DNA of 64,000 nucleotides from Spirochaetota bacterium (GTDB lineage Bacteria; Spirochaetota; UBA4802; JAFGDQ01). The stretch covers positions 352,001-416,000 of the forward strand of contig JAZDKB010000019.1 in assembly GCA_043803405.1 (NCBI GenBank), in the 5' to 3' direction. This document shows positions 57,320-64,000 of this stretch, piece after piece. Position 1 is the first letter of the stretch, and the number at the start of each line of letters is the position of its first letter. Both the position numbers and the translations under genes were made by a program. The notes below the pieces were generated by a model that saw only the letters and a list, made by a program, of their open reading frames with translations, had not been told where the DNA came from and searched no databases.

Positions 57320-58096
57320 TTGGATACTAAAGCAATTGTCATCGTATCGGTGCTCGTTCTCATCTTTCTTCTCGAAGGGATATTCCCGCATTTCAGAGGC
57401 CGCACAAGCAGGGTCAGGCATGGTCTTTCCCATATCTTTATCGCAATCATTAACGGACTTCTTACGCGGCTGCTCTTTGCGGGTCTGGCGATAAAAGCAA
57501 CAACATGGACACAAGCACAGTCCTTCGGCATTCTTAACACCGGATTATTTTCCCAGGCTGCCGGAACCACAATAGCCTTCGTCCTCTTCGATATCTGGAT
57601 GTATTTCTGGCACGTGGCTAATCACCATGTTTCGCTGCTATGGCTTTTTCACAGGGCTCATCACGCAGACATCGCAATGGACACAACTACGGCTCTCCGC
57701 TTTCATCTAGGAGAATTATTTTTTTCATCCTTTGCCAGGCTTCCGGTCATTATGCTTATCGGCCTGAGCTTTGAACAGGTTGTCTTCTTTGAGACCATCT
57801 TAAACGTATCTACTTTATTTCATCACAGCAATATCCATATTCCCGAGAAGTGGGATAGTATTATTCGTCTTGTGATCACCAGCCCCAACATGCATAGGGT
57901 GCACCATTCGACAGAAAGGCGGGAAACAAACTCTAATTATACCAGCATTTTATCTATTTGGGACCGCATTGTAAGAACCTTTAAAAGGCGAGCAGATACC
58001 AGTACAATCACCATCGGGTTGTCGGACTTCCGCAGTCAGAAATGGCAGGGTGCATTTGGATTTTACATATCGCCGTTTTTAAACCCACAACCATAA
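57320..58096 (+). CDS. Sterol desaturase/fatty acid hydroxylase family membrane protein
   Basis: His boxes WHVANH, FHRAHH, FHHSN, HRVHHS. Confidence 0.9.
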   Translation: MDTKAIVIVSVLVLIFLLEGIFPHFRGRTSRVRHGLSHIFIAIINGLLTRLLFAGLAIKATTWTQAQSFGILNTGLFSQAAGTTIAFVLFDIWMYFWHVANHHVSLLWLFHRAHHADIAMDTTTALRFHLGELFFSSFARLPVIMLIGLSFEQVVFFETILNVSTLFHHSNIHIPEKWDSIIRLVITSPNMHRVHHSTERRETNSNYTSILSIWDRIVRTFKRRADTSTITIGLSDFRSQKWQGAFGFYISPFLNPQP

Positions 58097-58227
58097 GTAA
58101 TCAATATCACTTACCCCTGTCATTGTAAAAGATAAGTTAATTCACGTAAGTTATAATTTTTATTATCACAATTTTATCAGCAATCATATAACAATTTTAG
58201 TTAACTAAAATTCATGGATATCGTGAA

Positions 58228-58257
58228 TTGACTTAATTGTTTTTATTAATATATAAT
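58228..58257 (+). promoter_or_regulatory. Putative sigma70 promoter of the NHEJ operon
   Basis: TTGACT-18-TATAAT about 110 nt upstream of the first Ku ATG. Confidence 0.55.
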
Positions 58258-58279
58258 AAATGTTTAAAATATATCTAAT

Positions 58280-58351
58280 TGTCATTTCGAAGGAGCGGTA
58301 GGCACGGATACCTTAGTGCCAGGAGATTTCTCACATTCGTTCGAAATGACA
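58280..58351. repeat. Palindromic 'gtcatttcga...tcgaaatgac' element in the Ku leader
   Basis: 12-bp inverted repeat tgtcatttcgaa / ttcgaaatgaca with inner ggcac..gtgcc hairpin and gagatttctc. Confidence 0.7.
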
Positions 58352-58367
58352 CAGTATAAGAGTTTTT

Positions 58368-59138
58368 ATGGCACAAACAATATGGATCGGGAATATACAT
58401 TTTAAGGATACAGATATTCCGGTAAAACTGCATACATCAGTCACGCAGAAAAGGATACAATTCCACCTTTTGCATAAAACCGACAGGATAAGACTGCGCC
58501 AGCAGATGATATGTGCGTATGAAAAGATACCTGTTACCGGAGCTGAAGAGGTGAAAGGATTCAAGGTGGATGAACGAAAATACATTCTCATGGATTCAGA
58601 AGAGCTTGAAGAAACGGAACCTGAGAAAAACAGGATGATCGAGGTTCATGAATTTGTTAAGGCCGGGGAAATAGATCCGGTCTTTATGGAACGGACTTAT
58701 TACCTTGAGCCTGGTATGGCCAACAATAAGAATTACGGTTTACTTGTTGATATACTTAAGGATACAGGACTGCAGGGTATCTGCACATGGGCCATGAGAA
58801 AAAGAGCTTATTTTGGAGCGGTTAAGTCGGATGGAAAAATGCTTAGACTGACCACTTTAAGATATGCAGACGAGATAATTAAGGTGAAAGACCTCGGCAT
58901 TGAAGCATTCTCTCTTTCGGAGAAGGAGCTCGAAATAGCCGGAGAGTTGATCGGCAAGCTTACAGTACATTTCCAGCCTGAAAAATATAAAAATGAGCAT
59001 CAGCAAAAACTGCAGGAGCTTATAGAAAAAAAAGCCCGCGGTGAAAAACTTGTATTATTAAAACCAAGAAAACGTAAGACAACCCCGTCTGGCAAACTCC
59101 TTGAGGTACTTGAAGAAAGTCTGAGGATGGCAAGATGA
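58368..59138 (+). CDS. ku: Ku protein (divergent copy)
   Basis: IWIGNIHF..IPVKLH, FHLLH, IDPVFMERTYYLEP, LRYADEI, FQPEKYKNE, LLEVLEESL. Confidence 0.88.
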   Translation: MAQTIWIGNIHFKDTDIPVKLHTSVTQKRIQFHLLHKTDRIRLRQQMICAYEKIPVTGAEEVKGFKVDERKYILMDSEELEETEPEKNRMIEVHEFVKAGEIDPVFMERTYYLEPGMANNKNYGLLVDILKDTGLQGICTWAMRKRAYFGAVKSDGKMLRLTTLRYADEIIKVKDLGIEAFSLSEKELEIAGELIGKLTVHFQPEKYKNEHQQKLQELIEKKARGEKLVLLKPRKRKTTPSGKLLEVLEESLRMAR

Positions 59139-59983
59139 AAGTAACAAAAAAGAATATTAATAAAAAAGAAAAGAAAGAAGTCATCCGGGGGAAAACTCCT
59201 TCATCAGGAATATGGAGCGGGACAATAAGCTTCAGCCTTGTGGCCATACCCGTAAAACTGGTCAAGGCGGTTGAGCCTGGCAGGATCTCGTTCAGAATGC
59301 TTCATGATAAAGATTATTCCCCGCTACAGCGCAAAATGATCTGCCCGGAAGATGAGACTATTGTTGAGCAGGACGAAATCATAAGGGGTTATGAAATAGA
59401 ACCGGGAAGACACATAACGGTCTCCGGCGAGGAACTGGAATCCGTCTCCCCCGATCGGAGCCGGACTATCGAGATAGCTGAATTTATAGATCTAAGTGAA
59501 GTCGACCCGATATATTATGACCACCCGTATTTTCTTGTCCCGTTAAAAGGCGGTGAAAAAGCATACAGCCTCCTGGCAGAGGCATTGGAAAGGACAGGCA
59601 AAGCGGGTGTGTCAAAATTCGTACTTGATGAGCGGGAATATTTTGTTTTAATTAAGAACAGGGGTGGAGCTTTGGAATTAAGCACCCTTCACTATAGCGA
59701 TGAAATATTATCTTACGAGTATCCCGTAAAGGATAATGTGAAATTCACTGATAAGGAACTAATCAGTATAAAAAAAACCATCAGGGAAATGACAGGGGAT
59801 TTCACCCCGGAAAAATACTCGGACAGGCGAAGGGAAAAACTCCTCAAGATATTAAAAAAGAAGATTGAGCAAAAAAAGGAAGTTGAGGCACCCGAAATTG
59901 AGGAAGAACAAATTCTGGAGAGCATGACCGATCTAATGGAAGCCCTTCAGCACAGCATGCATAAAATGAAAAAAACAGGATGA
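59135..59983 (+). CDS. ku: Ku protein (canonical copy)
   Basis: IWSGTISFSLVAIPVKL, VDPIYYDHPYFLVP, KAYSLL, FTPEKYSD, DLMEALQHS. Confidence 0.92.
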   Translation: MKVTKKNINKKEKKEVIRGKTPSSGIWSGTISFSLVAIPVKLVKAVEPGRISFRMLHDKDYSPLQRKMICPEDETIVEQDEIIRGYEIEPGRHITVSGEELESVSPDRSRTIEIAEFIDLSEVDPIYYDHPYFLVPLKGGEKAYSLLAEALERTGKAGVSKFVLDEREYFVLIKNRGGALELSTLHYSDEILSYEYPVKDNVKFTDKELISIKKTIREMTGDFTPEKYSDRRREKLLKILKKKIEQKKEVEAPEIEEEQILESMTDLMEALQHSMHKMKKTG

Positions 59984-60879
59984 AAACAATAAGCATCAAC
60001 AACAGGGATCTGTCTCTGTCCAATCTTGACAAGGTTCTCTATCCTTCCTATGGCCTGACAAAATTACAGATCCTTGAGTATTACAGCCGCATAGCGCCTT
60101 TTATTCTTCCCCACCTTAATGGACGGGCTCTGACTTTAAAACGCTATCCGCATGGGGTTGACAAGGATTTTTTTTTCGAAAAACGCTGCCCTTCGTACAG
60201 GCCGGATTGGCTGGAAACTGCAGATGTGCCTTACGGCGGAAATAAAACCTTAACCTATTGCCTGATAAATAATCTGGAAACGCTTGTCTGGGTGGAAAAC
60301 CTTGCTTCAATTGAACTCCATGTGCCTTTGGCAAAGGCCCGAACTTATAGTACTCCTGATTCAGTGGTTTTCGACCTTGATCCGGGCGATAACGCGGATA
60401 TCCTTGACTGCGCAAAAGTTGCGTTTATTTTAAAAGACCTGCTGGACAGGCAGAAACTCTTAAGCTGGGTGAAGACTTCCGGGAAAAAAGGCCTGCATGT
60501 ATTTGTCCCTCTTAATTCAAAAGAAACAAGTTTTGAACAGACCAAAATCTTTTCAAGGGCGGTTGCTGAAATAATGCAGAAGAATTATCCCGATCTTGTC
60601 ACTGCAAAGATGGATAAAAAATTACGTAAAGGCAAAGTTTTTATCAACTGGTCTCAAAACGATGCATCAAAGACTATGGTATGTGTCTATTCTCTGCGAG
60701 CCGGAGAATTACCCTATGTTTCATGTCCATTTACATGGAAAGAACTTGAGACGAATTCAAAGCAGAAAAAAAATGAAAAATTCCAAATACTTTATTCTGA
60801 TGCGATTAAAAGAGCAGAGAAATACGGGGATATTTTCGGAGAAATATTAAACCAAAAACAGAGGCTTCCAAACACGTGA
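59980..60879 (+). CDS. LigD primase-polymerase domain (stand-alone)
   Basis: SNLDKVLYP, LKRYPHG, FFEKRCP, SIELH, FDLDP, KTSGKKGLH, YSLRA. Confidence 0.92.
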   Translation: MKTISINNRDLSLSNLDKVLYPSYGLTKLQILEYYSRIAPFILPHLNGRALTLKRYPHGVDKDFFFEKRCPSYRPDWLETADVPYGGNKTLTYCLINNLETLVWVENLASIELHVPLAKARTYSTPDSVVFDLDPGDNADILDCAKVAFILKDLLDRQKLLSWVKTSGKKGLHVFVPLNSKETSFEQTKIFSRAVAEIMQKNYPDLVTAKMDKKLRKGKVFINWSQNDASKTMVCVYSLRAGELPYVSCPFTWKELETNSKQKKNEKFQILYSDAIKRAEKYGDIFGEILNQKQRLPNT

Positions 60880-62567
60880 GTTTAAAAGAATACAAACGAA
60901 AAAGACAATTAAGTAAAACACCTGAGCCCAAACCGGTTCTTGCTGATAAAGATAAGGGAAAATACCTTATCTTCGTAGTGCATAAGCATGCATCCCGCAA
61001 CCTTCACTATGATCTCAGACTGGAATTGCAGGGCGTTTTAAAGAGCTTTGCAATACCCAAAGGGCCGTCACTCGATCCGTCGTTAAAGAGGCTCGCGGTC
61101 ATGGTCGAGGACCATCCGTTTGATTACAAGGACTTTGAGGGAGTAATACCTGAGGGCAATTACGGAGCAGGAAGCGTGATAATCTGGGACAGCGGTTTTT
61201 ACAGTTCTCTATATTCATCGGACAAAAAAGAGAGTGAGAAAATACTTTTAGACGGTATTAAAAAGGGGGATTTTAAATTCATTCTTGCAGGGGAGAAACT
61301 CAGAGGAGAATTCGCACTTGTAAGGACGAAACTGGATAATAATTCATGGCTTTTATTAAAGAAAAAAGACAAGTACTCGTCCGCTGCCGATGTGCTGAAA
61401 CAGGACCGTTCTGTTTTGTCCGATAAAACAATTGAGGAAATTGCGGCCGAAGCAAAGACTGATTCCCGGGAGATGTCTCAAAAGCAAATATTTGCCACAA
61501 AGGCACAGAGACACAGAGAATTGCCTCTGCGGCATTCTGCCGGGACAGTCTTTGGAAAAAAGAAAGATATTATTGATATAAAAAAAGCGCCGCGTGAAAC
61601 CATGCCGCATAACGTAAGTCCTATGCTTGCAAGTACTGCTCTAAAACCCTTCAATAATGCGGATTGGATATTCGAAATAAAATGGGACGGCTACAGGGCA
61701 ATAGCCGAAATCTCCGGGAAAAATGTTCTGCTTTACTCACGCAATAATATTTCTTTTGAGGATAAATTTTCAGAAATTGTGGATACTCTGAAAAAGCTGA
61801 AATTTAAAGCAGTGCTGGACGGCGAGATTGTGTTCGTCGGTAAAAACGGAAAGCCGGATTTTTTTATGCTTCAGGATTATCATAGCGGCATTGCCGGCAA
61901 AGCCGGAAAAAATTCAAAGGGCCAATTGATATACTATGTCTTTGATGTTTTGCATTACGAGGGCCGCGACCTCACAGGGCTGGAGCTTGTAAAAAGGAAA
62001 GAGATTCTTGAAAAAATTCTGCCTGATGAGGGCAATGTGAGGATTTCAACTCATGTAGTAAAAGACGGCATCGAATTTTTCAGTGCGGCAAGAAAAAAAG
62101 ATCTTGAAGGGATTGTTGCCAAACAATCGAAGAGCCGGTATATGATAGGAACAAGAAGCAGGAACTGGCTCAAGATAAAATTACATAAAACACAGGATTG
62201 TGTTATCGCCGGATTTACGGAGCCAAGGAACTCCAGGAAATACCTGGGCAGCCTGATTCTTGGAGCTTTTGAAAAAAACAAATTTATTTATGTAGGCCAT
62301 TCGGGCGGAGGGTTCCATGGACTGAGCTTAAAAAGTGTATATGAAAAACTGCAGCCCCTTATCCGGGAATCCTGTCCATTCAAAACAAAACCGCCGGAAA
62401 GCGAGACCGTGACATGGGTGAAACCGGAGCTTGTCTGCGAAATTTCTTTCGCAGGCTGGACAAAAGAGAAGCTCATGCGCCAGCCCAATTTCCTGAGGTT
62501 CCGTGAGGATAAAGCTCCGGAAGAGGCAATTGTTAGCCCCCCAAACCCCCCTGAGGGGGGCTTTTAG
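60876..62567 (+). CDS. ligD: LigD 3'-phosphoesterase + ATP-dependent ligase
   Basis: FVVHKH..LHYDLRLE..PKGPS, EDHP; ligase motif I EIKWDGYR, LDGE, EGIVAK, OB domain LMRQPNFLRFREDK. Confidence 0.92.
   Translation: MSLKEYKRKRQLSKTPEPKPVLADKDKGKYLIFVVHKHASRNLHYDLRLELQGVLKSFAIPKGPSLDPSLKRLAVMVEDHPFDYKDFEGVIPEGNYGAGSVIIWDSGFYSSLYSSDKKESEKILLDGIKKGDFKFILAGEKLRGEFALVRTKLDNNSWLLLKKKDKYSSAADVLKQDRSVLSDKTIEEIAAEAKTDSREMSQKQIFATKAQRHRELPLRHSAGTVFGKKKDIIDIKKAPRETMPHNVSPMLASTALKPFNNADWIFEIKWDGYRAIAEISGKNVLLYSRNNISFEDKFSEIVDTLKKLKFKAVLDGEIVFVGKNGKPDFFMLQDYHSGIAGKAGKNSKGQLIYYVFDVLHYEGRDLTGLELVKRKEILEKILPDEGNVRISTHVVKDGIEFFSAARKKDLEGIVAKQSKSRYMIGTRSRNWLKIKLHKTQDCVIAGFTEPRNSRKYLGSLILGAFEKNKFIYVGHSGGGFHGLSLKSVYEKLQPLIRESCPFKTKPPESETVTWVKPELVCEISFAGWTKEKLMRQPNFLRFREDKAPEEAIVSPPNPPEGGF
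61493..61534 (+). repeat. 'gccacagagacacagag' repeat inside the ligD inter-domain linker
   Basis: 61494-61521 matches 4144-4171 at 26 of 28 nt; partial inverted arm gcctctgcggca follows. Confidence 0.7.
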
Positions 62568-62601
62568 TTTTTAAGCCCCCCTCAGGGGGGTTTGGGGGGC
62601 T
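62535..62601. repeat. 29-bp perfect inverted repeat (GC-run palindrome) overlapping the ligD 3' end
   Basis: agccccccaaacccccctgaggggggctt (62535-62563) and its exact reverse complement (62573-62601); ligD TAG lies in the loop. Confidence 0.85.
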
Positions 62602-62630
62602 GTGCTCAAATAATAGGAGGAATATTTAAA

Positions 62631-63338
62631 ATGAAAATCTATACAGGTACAAGCGGATACAGCTACAAGGAATGGAAAGGATATTTTTATCCTGAAAAAA
62701 TTTCGGCAGACAAAATGCTTCCGTATTATTCAAGTAAACTCACGGCTGTTGAAATTAACAATACTTACTACCGCATGCCTAAAATGAGCGTCGTTGAAAC
62801 CTGGGCCGGAGAAGTTCCTTCGGATTTCATGTTTGCAGTTAAAGCTCCTCAAATCATAACTCATATTAAGCGTTTAAAAAATGTCAGCGAAGAAACCAGA
62901 TATTTCCTGACCGTGATCTCCGGCCTGGGTAAAAAGCTCGGCACCATTCTTTTTCAGTTTCCTGCCAGCTTCAAGCAGGACATTCCCCTGCTTGAAAATT
63001 TTCTTAAACGTATTCCTCCTGGAATAAACTGCACATTTGATTTCAGAAGCACAACGTGGTTCAATGATGAGACTTACAAGCTTCTTGGACAAAGGGATTT
63101 CTCCCTTTGCCTGGAAGATACTGATGAAAAACCGGTGACAGATATAATTTCTACTGCTACATGGGGCTATTTACGCCTTCGTCGCTCCAATTATACTGAT
63201 GCAGATCTTTCGGATTGGGCAAAAAAAATCCTTTCCATAAAATGGAAAAAGGTATTTGTATTTTTCAAGCACGAGGGAGATGAAGCTAAAGGACCTTCGC
63301 TGGCTGTAAACTTCTGTAACCTGTTCGATACCGAATAG
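62631..63338 (+). CDS. DUF72 (YecE-like) protein
   Basis: GTSGYSYKEWKG.FYP, VEINNTYY, FAVKAPQIITH, LFQFP, YLRLR, FFKHE; AGGAGG RBS before ATG 62631. Confidence 0.92.
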   Translation: MKIYTGTSGYSYKEWKGYFYPEKISADKMLPYYSSKLTAVEINNTYYRMPKMSVVETWAGEVPSDFMFAVKAPQIITHIKRLKNVSEETRYFLTVISGLGKKLGTILFQFPASFKQDIPLLENFLKRIPPGINCTFDFRSTTWFNDETYKLLGQRDFSLCLEDTDEKPVTDIISTATWGYLRLRRSNYTDADLSDWAKKILSIKWKKVFVFFKHEGDEAKGPSLAVNFCNLFDTE

Positions 63339-63344
63339 ACGGCG

Positions 63345-63533
63345 CTATCCTCCTATAGTGATCGCGGTTACCGGGCATTCGTCTGCTGCCTGCTGTGCGC
63401 ATTCTTCCTGCTCAGCCGGAACCGGGTTCGCGAACACGACCGCTTTTTCGTTGTCCATTCTGAACACCTCCGGGCAGGTATCAGCGCAAAGATTACATCC
63501 TATACAGGTATCCTGGTCTATGATTGCTTTCAT
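63345..63533 (-). CDS. Single-cluster ferredoxin
   Basis: CIGCNLCADTCPEVF...CPVTAI. Confidence 0.92.
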   Translation of the reverse strand: MKAIIDQDTCIGCNLCADTCPEVFRMDNEKAVVFANPVPAEQEECAQQAADECPVTAITIGG

Positions 63534-63690
63534 TTTTTTTCCTTATTTTTAGTTAAAATTATTTTAATTACGCAAATATTGTACGGTTGTTATAACAGGA
63601 ATTCAATGTATTTGTGAATACATGATATTTGTCATTATGAACTAACAATATCCGTGAGATATATCTTCAGCTTTGAACGGTAAACGATGA

Positions 63691-64000
63691 TTAATCAGGC
63701 AGGTTCAGACTCTGAGGGCCGTTTTGTTTATGCCGGATAGTTTCATAGATCGCTTTCAGAAGTTCCGTAGATGAATCGGTTTTGTTAACAAAGTTCGAGG
63801 CTCCCGCCTTCATCATGTCCTGGACGAGTTGATAACTGTCATGCATTGAGAGGCCGATTATAATAATAAACGGAAATTCTTTCTTTATGTATTCTGTGGC
63901 TTCTATTCCATTCATTACCGGCATTGATATGTCCATTAACACAACATCCGGCTTCAGTTGCCTTACTTTCTCCAAAGCTTCCCGGCCGTTGGATGCTTCT
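63691..64000 (-). CDS. Receiver (REC) domain, 3' part of a gene starting outside the window
   Basis: Frame open to the window edge: EASNGREALEKVRQLKPDVVLMDISMPVMNG...GLSMH...GASNFVNK. Confidence 0.88.
   Translation of the reverse strand, partial: EASNGREALEKVRQLKPDVVLMDISMPVMNGIEATEYIKKEFPFIIIIGLSMHDSYQLVQDMMKAGASNFVNKTDSSTELLKAIYETIRHKQNGPQSLNLPD

Overview
Bacterial chromosomal window, most likely from an anaerobic spirochaete (inference from a FlbB periplasmic-flagellum collar protein and Leptospira/Treponema-like FliF/FliG/FliH). Layout: (1) 1-9.9 kb, minus-strand flagellar basal-body/export operon flgB-flgC-[47-aa ORF]-fliE-fliF-fliG-fliH-fliI-fliJ-SLT-flbB-lolA-like; (2) paaK-ACT-iorA-iorB aryl-acid module, a VapBC-type TA pair and cinA; (3) three large multi-PAS hybrid histidine kinases and a REC-GGDEF cyclase around a segment holding an S1 paralogue, a PIN TA pair and a GC-rich pbpC/alpha-2-macroglobulin pair, bracketed by two copies of a structured GGA-loop repeat; (4) leuB and pyk; (5) a ~19-kb stress/repair island: exported MsrB/MsrA, an arsenosugar-type radical SAM cluster with a glycosyltransferase deletion scar, two Hsp20, bacterioferritin, a degenerate MCP-like fusion, and an NHEJ operon with two tandem Ku genes, a split LigD and DUF72. 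Several families of short palindromic repeats occupy intergenic and even coding DNA. I recognised no rRNA, tRNA, CRISPR array or intact transposase. All family calls are by motif recognition; no database searches were run.
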